DNA of 63,553 bases, filler included, from Octopus bimaculoides (Eukaryota): the NCBI RefSeq assembly GCF_001194135.2. It is 7 parts of 6 records of this genome, joined end to end, with 100 filler letters (N's around TTAATTAATTAA, not from the genome) between each part and the next. Parts side by side here need not be neighbours in the genome. Positions count along the whole stretch, not along the records: positions 1 to 13,123 come from NC_068985.1; positions 13,224 to 25,519 come from NC_068981.1; 5 more parts are not named here. One strand, given 5' to 3'. Shown one piece after another: positions 11,221 through 24,592 of this stretch (position 1 is the first letter of the stretch; each line of letters opens with the position of its first letter). The translations under genes and the position numbers were made by a program. Below the pieces are notes generated by a model. The model did no database searches and was not told where the DNA came from. It was given only the letters and a program-made list of their open reading frames with translations.

Positions 11221-13083
11221 GATATATGAATAGATGTGTATTTTCCACGTAGATATGATCAGACTCCACCAATGTAAAACTCTGTTCTCCTTTAATTTCA
11301 CTCCTGTCAGCGTTTCCCTGAAGAAAGACTCCAAATATTGGATATTCCACTCTCTTTGGCAAGCTCACAGTACTCTTTTTTATCGACTTTACTATATACA
11401 GGTAAATACGTGGTTATATATGAGTTTGTATGTATGTAGATACTTAAATATGTATGTATAGATATATATATGTCTATATGCAAAAATATTTAGATATATG
11501 TGTGCATAAGTGTACAATGTAGATGTATTGACATATAAATATTTGTATATGTAGAGTTAAACATGCGTTCATATATGTACCTGTGTTGATGTATATCTTT
11601 GTGTGTTTAAAGGCTTATGTATGTGTATACATCTGTCTAATATATAAGTTGGAGCATGTTGAAGCATTTCTAGGCGCATGCATATGTGTGTATACATGTA
11701 GATATGTGTGTATTTGTGTGTGTATGTGTGTGTGTTCGTGCGTGTGTGGGTGGGTGTGGGTGTGTGAGCATTTAAATATGTGTGTATACACGTGTATCTT
11801 TTCGAACCATCTCAGATTCACAGTTTCGGACAACACCCCAACTGTATTGCCATAAAAGACAAAGTCTATCTACGAGAAATTAACTGCGTTGCCATATTAG
11901 GCATTAACGCCGTGTCAACATGGTTCGACCGATCAAATCGGTTTGTGTGTAACCAAATAGCCATAGAAAGTTATATTGAGAATTTTCCTGTCAAGTAATT
12001 CTGCTGAAGGTTCTAGAAGTTTTGGCTAAATGTTGTAAAATCTAGGATACTCCTGAACAGAACAACCTCATATGTTACACAGAACTTTAGGAATCAGTTG
12101 CGTGAGAAGTTGTTTCTGACTTTCTCTATTTATTGTCTACTTAATACCCATGAATGATTTTTATATAAATAATTAAATAATTGACGCAATGTAGTCTTAA
12201 CTATTACATTCATTATCTCTTATGAGCTGTTTTATTCAAATAATTTTTGTACATATTTAAATGCAAATGTTCCAGGTAATAAAAAATATGGAAACATATG
12301 CAATTATTTGCGTGGTCATTCTCGCTTTCACACACAGCAAGCTATCAAATACTGAGTACAACCAGCTATGATTTAATGACCAGACTTACAAAAATTATAG
12401 CCCGCTAAGCATGTAAGTATATTCGTATATTTGTGTGTGTGTGTGTGTGAATACTTAAATATGCGTATGTACAATTAAACAAATGTTTACATCCGCATAT
12501 GAGTTTGTACGTGCGTAGTGCTTTTAATATGTGTATATGGACATAAATGTATGAGTGTGTACTTCTGCATGTTTATATGTGTGTAAAAACTATTAGTGTT
12601 AGGGGATATTTCCAATTTCATAGAAACATTTCAAAAAATTTATATTTATGTAATAGCTTTTATACACAAATATCAGAGATTTTGTTGCGACTTTTTCAAC
12701 TTTGAGTAAAGCATGAAAAACAATTCAATTGTGGAAAAATTAAATGAAATGTTTTTTAAAATATTTCCATAGTTTTCAAATGCAAAAATGCAAGAAGCAT
12801 TTTCCTTTTTTCAGTCTGTCTCTATCAACCTTCTACGTATATGTGTGTGTGTGCATGTATGCATATATGTATATATATATGTATATGTATGTATATATAT
12901 ATATATATATAGTCAATCCAAACATGAACAAGCAAGAAAAAACAACAACGTGAGGACGTGGAATAAGTAGTGTTCTTGGACGCTCATGCATATATGTGTA
13001 TATATGTGTGTGTGTGTATGTGTGTGTGTGTGTGTGTATTACATATGTACATGTATATAAATATTATATATATATATATATGT

Positions 13084-13123
<40 letters not shown>

Positions 13124-13167
13124 NNNNNNNNNNNNNNNNNNNNNNNNNNNNNNNNNNNNNNNNNNNN

Positions 13168-13179
13168 TTAATTAATTAA
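13168..13179. other. Artificial gap linker TTAATTAATTAA (also 25564, 42644, 55032, 57564, 62182)
   Basis: Identical 12-mer, always embedded between N runs, with stop codons in all six frames. Confidence 0.9.
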
Positions 13180-13223
13180 NNNNNNNNNNNNNNNNNNNNN
13201 NNNNNNNNNNNNNNNNNNNNNNN

Positions 13224-13264
<41 letters not shown>

Positions 13265-14212
13265 GCGGTGGGGTGAATGCGTGTTTGTGTGTGTATATGT
13301 ATATGTATGTATGTATATATGTATATGTATATATTTGTATGTATATGCATTTGTGTGCGTTTGTTCAGCTATGTCTATACATATTGATATACGTCTCTAA
13401 GCTTGCTATTTGTTAAAAATATGGCGGATATTGAAGTACAAGTGTTAGTGATGTGAATGATGCGGCTGGAGCTGATGGTTACTGGTTATCGTATGTGTGG
13501 AACGTGGTGGCAGTGGTGAGTATATTATTGGGCTAATAGTGTTATCTTCAAATAAACATCGTCTGTAGTTATCACAAAACACAGACAGATTTATTGCAAG
13601 CTCTCCAGCCGAGCAGCGTTCTATATTTGGCCTTAGGCCTCTCACTATTGAGTGTAACATTTTGTAGCTTAAGAGTCACATATAGTCACTCGTTGTTGAT
13701 TGATGGATAAAACAGTACATCCACTGAATGCAAAAAATATTCGTTACGATCCCAGATAATATAACTGCACGCAATCCCAATCAAAAGCGTTCAAACACAG
13801 ACAGGCACACATATATATACTAACACATACACAGACGAACGCCTGCACACAAAAATACACGCATACATTTTTACAAGTTTCATCCTGTGCATTCATAATC
13901 ATGTTTTCAAATACACACACACACTACACGCAAACATATATGTATATATACACATATAATACACACACGCACACACACACACACACACACACGCACGCAC
14001 ACACACACACACACACGCACACACACACACACACGTATATATATATAATGTATATACATTTTATATATATGTATATGCATTTATGTATANNNNNNNNNNN
14101 NNNNNNNNNNNNNNNNNNNNNNNNNNNNNNNNNNNNNNNNNNNNNNNNNNNNNNNNNNNNNNNNNNNNNNNNNNNNNNNNNNNNNNNNNNNNNNNNNNNN
14201 NNNNNNNNNNNN

Positions 14213-14273
<61 letters not shown>

Positions 14274-14666
14274 TATATGTGTATATGTACATATATGTTT
14301 GCGTGTGTGTGTGTAGTGTATTGTACACGCATGGACTGTCAGCAAACATTAGTAACAGCAGTGACAACAATAACAGTAACTATATGTATATAAGCGCATA
14401 AATGGAAACGGTTAGCATCAAAGCAAGAATCACACACACACGCACACACACGCACACACCACCACCACCACACCACACGCGCCCTCACCCCCAACCCCCA
14501 ACCCCCACACACACATATATACACATATAATTACACATGTCTAACATTCAAAAATTCCTTTCCTCGTTGAGTTGATTTATCTAACCATTCATTTGTCTAT
14601 CTAAATAAACGTAATAAATGTACAGATATGAAAGATATATATGTGTGAGTGTGCGTGTGTGTGTGT

Positions 14667-14715
<49 letters not shown>

Positions 14716-15615
14716 TCTGTGTGTGTGTAATTTAATGTATATGGTATAAAGATACGAGCTACTAATTGTTCCTTGCTTGAAACGCATGTCTACACAGATA
14801 CCTCCATGCAATCTCCACCCTCTGGGTACATGGTCTCTTCAATTTGCAAATCAGAACGCTGGTACAAGAGAAATTAGGAGTGAGAGCGACAATGTGAAAT
14901 CAAATACTGGAAGGATGTATATCATCAGAAAAAGAAAAGAAAAGTACAAAATAGGGTTATGTTCTCTTTAGCCGTAAAGGCATGTTTAAGCTAGTTGTAA
15001 TAAACTTCAACGGCGAGGGTTTTCAGATTTTACGAGAAAATAGCTCAATCCGGAGTAGGTAGTGCCCTCCAGTTCGCGAAAAGAGATTTGTCCACATGTT
15101 TGCATCTGCTGAATATTTCGGATCTGGAATTCAGTAACGCGGTTGAGTTCTTAGATCCAAAAAGAATATGCGATATTACAGCCTCGCATAAGTTGCATTT
15201 CTCAGATCCATTAATATATGACATGGAATTATCTACTATCCTCTATTTGATTTATGTGTTAAGCAGTTGGTTTTTAAACTCCATTCGTGGGTAGCCAGCT
15301 TATTGGATTTACTTTTGTCGATGTCTCATAAACAAAACGGGTCTCCTGCATAAAGTCTTTTGAATCGCGTTCGCTTTTATAAAAACGCCTGGTCGAGTGG
15401 GAAAGCTTCAGGCTCTTGACCGGTGGTGTTCTATTTATTATTATCACTATTGCAGCAGTTTTCATGAGTATTTTTTGGATCTATTTTTACAAGGCTGAGT
15501 TGCCCTCTGTTTAACGCAACGATTTTGGAGTTAAGTTTCTGTGAAGTGGAATAATACAGTTTGATAGTGGATCGATTTAAAATGGAAACGATGTAATGGA
15601 TACGAGCTGCCTTTT

Positions 15616-15773
15616 TCTGTCTCTCTTGTGGGTTCTAGGTAGTTAGCAGCAGCTAGTTTGATATGAATTCTTGTCTTTGATTGTTTAAGCAGTAGTAGTA
15701 GAGAAAGTAGGCGGCGGAGAGGAAGAAGAAGAAGAAGAAGAAGAAGAAGAAGAAGAAGAAGAAGAAGAAGAAG

Positions 15774-15817
<44 letters not shown>

Positions 15818-16370
15818 GCGAGTTGTATGGCAGTAACATGATTTTGATGGAACCCACTTAAATGGTCAAGTGACCTAAAAGTGACTTGTTGTGGATGATA
15901 GTGATTGGAATTGTTCTGAATAAATTCGTGAAGTGACTGTTTTGAATATATAGTCTTTACTATTTGCGTGTGTGTTATTCTAAGACTCTAACCTGAGCCT
16001 TAGAATAACACCCACGCAAATATTAAAAAACGATATATTCAAAACAATTAATTCACATAAATTAATTCAGAACAATTTCAATCACTGCCATCATCCACAA
16101 CGAGTCACTTTCAGGTCACATGATCATTTAAGTAGATTCCGTCAACATCCTGCTACTATCATGCCACTCCCGCATTCTTCTTCTTCTTCTTCTTCTTCTT
16201 CTTCTTCTTCTTCTTCTTCTTCTTCTTCTTCTTCTTCTTCTTCTTCTTCTTCTTCTTCTTCTTCTACACCGCTTCCTTTCTCTACTACTACTGCTGCTTA
16301 AACAATCAAGGACAAGAATTCATATCAAACTAGCTGCTGCTGACTACCTAGAACCCACAAGAGAGACAGA
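15616..16370. repeat. 755-bp imperfect palindrome with a 6-nt loop (15989-15994)
   Basis: 15616-15988 is the reverse complement of 15995-16370 (ttattctaagactc-taacct-gagccttagaataa; tctgtctctcttgtgggttctagg versus cctagaacccacaagagagacaga). Roughly 80% identity by eye. Confidence 0.95.
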
Positions 16371-16522
16371 TACAAGCAGAAACAAGGAAATTGTGCCTTG
16401 CATTTGAAAACTATGGAAATATATTTCGTTTTTGGATTTGGTTTGCAAGATTCTTTATGTCAGTTCGTGTGCTGAAGCATATTCTGTTGTGTCTTTAATT
16501 GTTTTTCATACTTTACTCTTCT

Positions 16523-16552
16523 TTGAAAAAGTCGCAATGACTGAAACCGGTA
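16523..16552 (+). ncRNA. Minimal hammerhead-ribozyme-like motif (PLE type), variant core
   Basis: UUGAAAA - helix II AGUC/GACU - GAAA - CCG - GUA with palindromic ACCGGU. Helix I is not evident. Confidence 0.35.
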
Positions 16553-16607
16553 CTAAAATATTCTCCATGATAAAATTATTTTAGCATTTTCTACCTTATA
16601 TTATTTT

Positions 16608-16647
<40 letters not shown>

Positions 16648-17106
16648 CGACTAGCCTGATAGACTTGGCTATGTCAAGATGGATTTTTATGTACTCTTCC
16701 TCCCACTTGGATTTGAAATGTTGCCACAATTATAATATGTCTATTCTACTGTAATTTTCTGCATTTTCGTGCAGCTGAAGATTGCTCTACATATTGCATT
16801 TAATGTAATGCACGCATTACTTAAATAAATGGAGTAGCATGAAACGTGCGTACTGCAATCATCTTTAAAATCCGTGTTGCTTATTTTGATTTTTTGATCA
16901 CCTAGTTTTTGGAATGGTATCTGTATAANNNNNNNNNNNNNNNNNNNNNNNNNNNNNNNNNNNNNNNNNNNNNNNNNNNNNNNNNNNNNNNNNNNNNNNN
17001 NNNNNNNNNNNNNNNNNNNNNNNNNNNNNNNNNNNNNNNNNNNNNNNNNNNNNNNNNNNNNNNNNNNNNNNNNNNNNNNNNNNNNNNNNNNNNNNNNNNN
17101 NNNNNN

Positions 17107-17148
<42 letters not shown>

Positions 17149-18773
17149 AGTAGATCTCTCTGAATAGTACTTCGTGATATGCCTATGTTATAAATCAATG
17201 TATTTTATTTTTGTTGAGGTTTTGTTTCATAGTTATATAGTCTCTCATGTTTGTGTACTTCTGACGATTTTCATTCCTTGCCTCAGAGCAGCTTGTCTAT
17301 ATTAGAAATATTTTATATTTGATTGCTTTTGTTTGAAACCTCTAATTTCTGTTGATTATTTTCCTCCACAATGAGCGAATACAACGCACCAACATTTTTT
17401 TGTTTTACGCCGAATCCCATTTGCGAATTAATCCAGAAACGGTAGTTGTTATCGAATTGCCATGTAAATTAAATGGAATATTCAAATTTCCCATAAAAAC
17501 TATTTGGAAAATTCCGACTGGAACATTAAGAACACTGAAATAAATAAGCTGTGGTTATAATAATCTGAAAAGATCTAGAGAAGCTAAAGATAATTAAAAG
17601 TGATACTAAACAAGTGGTGGGGAAAAAAGATCCGGAAATTTATTGCCTGTATGATAACAACTATCAGAAGGAATTGATTAATCTCTGCCCATACGATCAG
17701 TTAATGCACACAACCGTGCTATGAACAAAATGCTTCAATTTTTAACTTAAAATGAATTAACCATGGTTATCAAATGTATTTAGCACTACGTTAATACGTT
17801 GCGAGCTTGAATCTCTTGCCTTACATTTCTTCCATTATCCAATGGGAGAGTGACATACATAGTAATTTATGCGGAAATATCACTCAGGTATCGAAGTGAA
17901 TTAACATTATGACATTACCCGGAATCCACATATATCTGTTATTGTTGCATAAACGTATTATATTCAGATGTGTTTATAGTAAAGAACAGGAGATTGATTT
18001 AACTCATATTCTAACTACGGTGTTACTATGTTTTCCTGTTCGAGGGTAAAGCTACTTTCGAGCTTTCTGCACGTGACATCAATTACATATAAGTCTGTAA
18101 TATTGCCAGTTCCCTGCATAGACGAAGGAACTGCTTGCTTATAGTATAGTTCTTTTCTCTCTCAATTATTCGATGTTGTCAAGTGCCATTCTATCACCAA
18201 CTTCTCTAGGGAAATTCAAATGACCCTCAGAATTGATTTTTCTATTGGCATTATATACAACTTAAATTCTAGTGTCTGCTTCGCACTCTTTCTTGCGTAT
18301 TCACTGATGTATATTTGCATGTTTAGAAGTGAGGAAGAAATCACCAGCTAGAAAGGCATTGTTTGACAGTTTGATGCAAATCACTAACAATAGTATGAAT
18401 GTCGCCTATTAAATAGTAGAAATGATCATACTATCTGGGAGCATGAAAATTCGGATTCATGTTAGGGACATCATGTAATGAAGAAAAAAACCTAATATGC
18501 ATGTTGTGAGGGGATGAAAACATAAGTTTAAACATTGATATTAACTTAATCTAATTAAATGCAAACTACAGAAAGTAGATAAATTCCATTAAACCACTAA
18601 TATAAATTCCATTAATCATTATGATAATTTTTACGCTTACTCGTGTACAGTTTCTAAATGTATATAGCTATGGACTCAGTAATTTTGCAAGTACGGAGAA
18701 GACTAGATTTAAATGAAGAGGTCTAATAAAAGACAATCATGCTCGGATTTTTTTTTCCTATTTGATTAAATTA

Positions 18774-19610
18774 CGAGGTGGCATCAAAAGGTTCCCGGTC
18801 TAGTTATGTTTAATAAATAAAATAACTTATTTAGCTAAGATTTAACATCCTCTCCCTCGAAATAGTCACTTTGCACAGCAATACACCGATCCCAACGTTC
18901 ATGTCGCTTTTGGAACCGGCCTGGAAGTCTTTTCCTGTAAGCGAGTTAAGGACCTTCTGCTATTCGTTCTGGATCTCGACAACTGTTAAAAAGGTGACCT
19001 ATGAGCTGCATTTTCAATTTGTAGAAGAGATTGAAGTCTCTGGCGAATAGGGCGGGTGTCGAGGCGATACCACGTTGTTTTGGGCGAGAAACTAACGAGG
19101 ATGCATTGTTGTTGTGGAATCCAATTCTTCACGCTCCACAAATCCGGTCGCTTTCGCTAAATGTCCTCCCCCGAATGCTTCAAGACGTTGCAGTATAACT
19201 CTTGACTGACAGGAGTGACATTCGTGGCAGGTCTTCCAGATCGCTAATCGTCTTCCAAGGACGTTCTTTCGTTTTTGAATCGCCCGTGTCAATCGAAGCG
19301 TTGCGTACGACTCATTGGCTAGTACTTGCAAGTTTGCCGAAGCTTCCTCAATGTCTCTGTTGCAGACTTCCAAAGTTTAACGCAAAATTTCGCGTTGGCT
19401 CTTTGATCCTGTCCACGACAAAATCGGAGTCTACAACATACACGTGATCACTAAACCACAAATTTCATATCTTGCAAAGTAAATACAACGATGTCACTCG
19501 GTACACTAACTCATGAAGGTCAGTGCTAGCCCTCACTGCGCACATCACCGTGTGCTGCCATCTGTTGGCACGCTACAGAACTAGTCCGGAAACTGTTTGG
19601 TACCACCTCG
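18774..19610 (-). mobile_element. Internally deleted mariner element with both TIRs and TA target duplication
   Basis: TA|CGAGGTGGCATCAAAAGGTTCCCGGTCTAGTT ... AACTAGTCCGGAAACTGTTTGGTACCACCTCG|TA. Minus strand encodes decayed QRANAKFCVKL.KSATETL..RFKN.RTSLEDD.RSGRP and C-terminal ..RWDRCIAVQSDYFEG. Confidence 0.9.
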
Positions 19611-19802
19611 TAAATATTAATTTCAGCTATTGTTCTTCTGTCCTTATGAGAGATATTAAATAATTACATTTTTTGTCTCATCATTACTGTAAAAAAATAT
19701 CGGCTCTAATTTTATATGGATAAAAATTTCCTATATATAATTTTTTAAACAAATAGTGAAATATTCTTCAATAATGATGCGCTACAATTTTATTATTATT
19801 TA

Positions 19803-20015
19803 AACGAGGTGAGCTGGTAGGATTGTTACTGCGCCGGAGCAAATGCTTGGCCGCGTTTCTTCCGACTATATGTTCTGAGTTGAAACTCCTCCGGGGTCGA
19901 CTCTGCTTTTCATCACTTCTTGGTCGATAAAATAATTACTAGTTGGACAATGGAGTCGATATAAATGACTTTCTCCCTTCCCACGAAATTTCTGGCCTTG
20001 TGCCAACATTTTAAA
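19803..20015 (+). mobile_element. SINE family A
   Basis: gagctggtaggattgtta..gagttgaaactcc.ccggggtcgactctgcttttcatc..tctggccttgtgcc. Confidence 0.8.
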
Positions 20016-20529
20016 TCATTATTAATGGTTATCTAAATACTAATGAATTAGTAATACTGAGCTGATAAGCAAATCAATTCTAGTGTCTCTTGAACAAAAA
20101 TGGAAATAACAGTTGTTTGCAGCTTAGGTCATTGTCCTAGTTTTAAAAAAGTTTCTTCCACAAACTGCAAAGGACTCCCATAAGTCCGACTTTGACTACA
20201 GAAAGTTGACAATATTTATTTTTCCCAGCGACAACTATGGATAAAATGTTTAATGACCACAAACAAGTTGGGAGACCAGTGGTAAAGGTTACATACTAGA
20301 AAGCTCGACTGAAAGAAAAGTTCTCTACTTATTTTACATATGATACAAATTCATTAGTTCCCTGTTCACTGAGTTGGCGTTGCACAATCAATTAGCACTG
20401 CAAATAGGATTCAAAGTATCCCTAATGAAGAGTATATTTCGGCAAATGAATATTGTGCAGTATGTTCAAGTGGGGTTTAACAGAGTGATGGAGTGAAATA
20501 GAAACTTCTTTGGGACTGCACAAAAAATA

Positions 20530-21010
20530 AATTCAGCTGTGCTCATCGACAAAACAGTAATTCATTGTGGAGGCGCTCTTGCTGATTAATGTTGCCTAAT
20601 AGCTCCGCATTGATATGTACGCACAAATAGGTTACAGAAGAGAGTTAAAGCTGTGTTTCATTATGATAAGAGATAGGATCTGTTCTTTTTATCTCAATGT
20701 ACAGCTTGATGTCATCTGCATATTTCAACACTGTAACATTCTTTAAGTCGGCATCTATGTCATTAAAATGTGCAACAAACAGTAGGGGTCCAAGAACGGA
20801 TCCCTGTGGAACACCAGATTTCATCTCATAGAGTAAAGAATGATATCCTAAATCCGTAACTACCTCGTCTCGACTGAGTTATAGAGATCATCTTTCGCAC
20901 CCAATGCAGAGAGTTTTGCGATGAGTCATTTGTGCGGCACAGAAGTGAAGGTTTTAGCAAAGTCATCCACCAATAAGCCGCCATCAGCAATTCGGTCGAT
21001 GTCCTTAAGA
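20530..21010 (-). mobile_element. CR1/L2-type LINE reverse transcriptase fragment
   Basis: Minus strand SGVPQGSVLGPLLFVAHFND..VLKYADDIKL (RT domains 4-5). Confidence 0.85.
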
Positions 21011-21571
21011 AACTCGATGAGTTCGCTACAGCAGCTGAACACTTTTAAACAAAAAATACTATCAACGTTATATTGTAACATTTCTTCATTTCAATTCTCG
21101 CAACTTCTTATCCAGTCAGAAAAACTGTGGTTATGTCACTAAGAAAATTACTCCACTTAACCAGCAACAATGAAATACTTCAGAAATATTTTCAACTTCT
21201 AGTATCCGACAAAATCCATAGAGAGGAACGAAAACGTTGAGAAAAGATGTATTTAACAGAAAAATAAGATGTCCTATCCGATCAACAACGGAATCTCCGT
21301 TGAATAAACTTATGTTCGTTCCGTTGTCGATTAATATGCGCCAGTAATAACTGATTAGTGTTTATACCCCAAACCACTGACCTGAAAGCAAAAACTAACA
21401 ACTAGTTACTATTGATTTCTCATTATATTATCAGTTTCGGAGTAATATCTTAATCACTTCCAGATTAATTTATAAAAATAGTAATTACACCAAGATCCAT
21501 ACATATACGCATACGTTGGTATTCACTCATATATTTCAAAAGAAACTATCTACCTATATATCAATCTCTCA

Positions 21572-21643
<72 letters not shown>

Positions 21644-22926
21644 NNNNNNNNNNNNNNNNNNNNNNNNNNNNNNNNNNNNNNNNNNNNNNNNNNNNNNNNN
21701 NNNNNNNNNNNNNNNNNNNNNNNNNNNNNNNNNNNNNNNNNNNNNNNNNNNNNNNNNNNNNNNNNNNNNNNNNNNNNNNNNNNNNNNNNNNNNNNNNNNN
21801 NNNNNNNNNNNNNNNNNNNNNNNNNNNNNNNNNNNNNNNNNNNNNNNNNNNNNNNNNNNNNNNNNNNNNNNNNNNNNNNNNNNNNNNNNNNNNNNNNNNN
21901 NNNNNNNNNNNNNNNNNNNNNNNNNNNNNNNNNNNNNNNNNNNNNNNNNNNNNNNNNNNNNNNNNNNNNNNNNNNNNNNNNNNNNNNNNNNNNNNNNNNN
22001 NNNNNNNNNNNNNNNNNNNNNNNNNNNNNNNNNNNNNNNNNNNNNNNNNNNNNNNNNNNNNNNNNNNNNNNNNNNNNNNNNNNNNNNNNNNNNNNNNNNN
22101 NNNNNNNNNNNNNNNNNNNNNNNNNNNNNNNNNNNNNNNNNNNNNNNNNNNNNNNNNNNNNNNNNNNNNNNNNNNNNNNNNNNNNNNNNNNNNNNNNNNN
22201 NNNNNNNNNNNNNNNNNNNNNNNNNNNNNNNNNNNNNNNNNNNNNNNNNNNNNNNNNNNNNNNNNNNNNNNNNNNNNNNNNNNNNNNNNNNNNNNNNNNN
22301 NNNNNNNNNNNNNNNNNNNNNNNNNNNNNNNNNNNNNNNNNNNNNNNNNNNNNNNNNNNNNNNNNNNNNNNNNNNNNNNNNNNNNNNNNNNNNNNNNNNN
22401 NNNNNNNNNNNNNNNNNNNNNNNNNNNNNNNNNNNNNNNNNNNNNNNNNNNNNNNNNNNNNNNNNNNNNNNNNNNNNNNNNNNNNNNNNNNNNNNNNNNG
22501 TGGTGCATAAATTGTCAAGTAAATGAGACGCATCTTTGCCTCCACTGATTCACTTGCAAAGTGTTGAGTAAAATTATTTCGTTGCAGACCTCCTTTGAGT
22601 CTTTTTATTATCACTGCGACACACATAGTCCCCAGTTTGTAACATTGATTTCAAGGCCTTCCCAGATGAGAGACTGGTTGTTCTAAGACATTTATCGATT
22701 GTAAATTTTCTCTGCACAGTTACCTATCGGTATAGTGGTCATTTGCAAACTCCAGAGGCGATAGTTTCATTTCCCTTTACTCCAAACGTCACACGTTGTT
22801 ATTTCAATTGGGTCATGCCCTTCCAATTCCTATAGATCCGTAATACATCTTACAGCTGTACCTGTCACCTGTATGGTGAGGAATCCTACATGTATTGGGA
22901 ATGTGTGTGTGTATGTGTGTGTGTGT

Positions 22927-22959
<33 letters not shown>

Positions 22960-22964
22960 TGTGT

Positions 22965-24084
22965 GTCTGTCTGTCTGTGTGAATCCCTAAAACTCGAGAA
23001 CTACACAACCAATTTCATTCAAAATTTACACATGCCTTACTTAGCGTTCCGGTTGTGTTTTAATCAAAAACAATTTTTAACGTATGGCATTGTCCAGTCC
23101 ACAGCAACATTATATCTCTTCCACTATTTAAGTATTACTTGTCAAAAATGAAACAAAAACACTGATGTCAATTCGAACCGGAATCTCCAAAACATTGTCC
23201 CCTTACATCTCATTCTCATTTAAGTACCACGGCAGGTAAATACAAATTAATTCTAACGACGATATAATGGAAGATGGTAATAGACATTAACCACATGCTA
23301 CCCTGTCAAGTCAAATATATTGTCATCCAATTCAACTCTAACCTTCCTACCCTAACGACAGTTCTAAGGACCCCAGACGACTATGGCACCACTTAACTGC
23401 TATCTCTAAAATTTTGTCCACTTACATCTCATTGTCATTTCTCTACCAACACAGTGAAATACAACTTACTTATCAATGGAACATGGTAACAGATATTAAA
23501 CAGATAATACCTTCTCAAGCGAAATCTATTGTCATCCACTTCACCTCTCACCTTCCCACTGTACGGGCAGCACCACTTGCNNNNNNNNNNTGTCATCCAC
23601 TTCACCTCTCACCTTCCCACTGTACGGGCAGCACCACTTGCACAGAAAAAAATTTACTCCAAAATTTTAGTCATTTTTTTATTATCCAAAAATACGTCAA
23701 CAGTACTGAATGGATCATTATGAAATTTGTAAATTATATTCTATGCTTAAGGGCCATAACCCCCATGAAAATTCATATATTTGTCATGTTGATGAAATTT
23801 TAACCATACATATTACACGCAAATAAAGTAATATTTATAACATTTTCAACTTATCATCAACTGACCAAGATTCCTAACATATGCAAAACAAAATTAAACA
23901 ATACGACGCTGTACTACAGATGACATCATTTGGAACCACAAGAGATTTAACTGAGGCAGCATTCATCCAAACTTTCAAGATCCAACCTCAGATTTATCAT
24001 CGCATTGTCTCTCTACTACCTCTGTCAAATGAATCACCAAAATTGGCCTTTCATTATTTATAATCTGTACCTGTTTGTTTGGTT
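22965..24084 (+). mobile_element. Helitron remnant with Rep/helicase N-terminal fragment at 23881-24063
   Basis: NKIKQYDAVLQMTSFG..FIQTFKIQPQIYHRIVSLLPLSNESPK matches the recalled Helitron motif IRQYNSAFQMTSFG..FKVQGQVYHRIGSLLP. 5' part resembles 5530-5620. Confidence 0.8.
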
Positions 24085-24592
24085 NNNNNNNNNNNNNNNN
24101 NNNNNNNNNNNNNNNNNNNNNNNNNNNNNNNNNNNNNNNNNNNNNNNNNNNNNNNNNNNNNNNNNNNNNNNNNNNNNNNNNNNNNNNNNNNNNNNNNNNN
24201 NNNNNNNNNNNNNNNNNNNNNNNNNNNNNNNNNNNNNNNNNNNNNNNNNNNNNNNNNNNNNNNNNNNNNNNNNNNNNNNNNNNNNNNNNNNNNNNNNNNN
24301 NNNNNNNNNNNNNNNNNNNNNNNNNNNNNNNNNNNNNNNNNNNNNNNNNNNNNNNNNNNNNNNNNNNNNNNNNNNNNNNNNNNNNNNNNNNNNNNNNNNN
24401 NNNNNNNNNNNNNNNNNNNNNNNNNNNNNNNNNNNNNNNNNNNNNNNNNNNNNNNNNNNNNNNNNNNNNNNNNNNNNNNNNNNNNNNNNNNNNNNNNNNN
24501 NNNNNNNNNNNNNNNNNNNNNNNNNNNNNNNNNNNNNNNNNNNNNNNNNNNNNNNNNNNNNNNNNNNNNNNTATATATATATATATATATAT

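Noticed and set aside
22500-22870. Possible DIRS-like RT remnant on the minus strand (LKSMLQTGDY)
   Set aside because: Only one short motif amid many stops; cannot be supported without a profile search.
23530-23640. Exact 51-bp direct duplication
   Set aside because: Copies sit on either side of a 10-N gap, typical of unmerged contig overlap.
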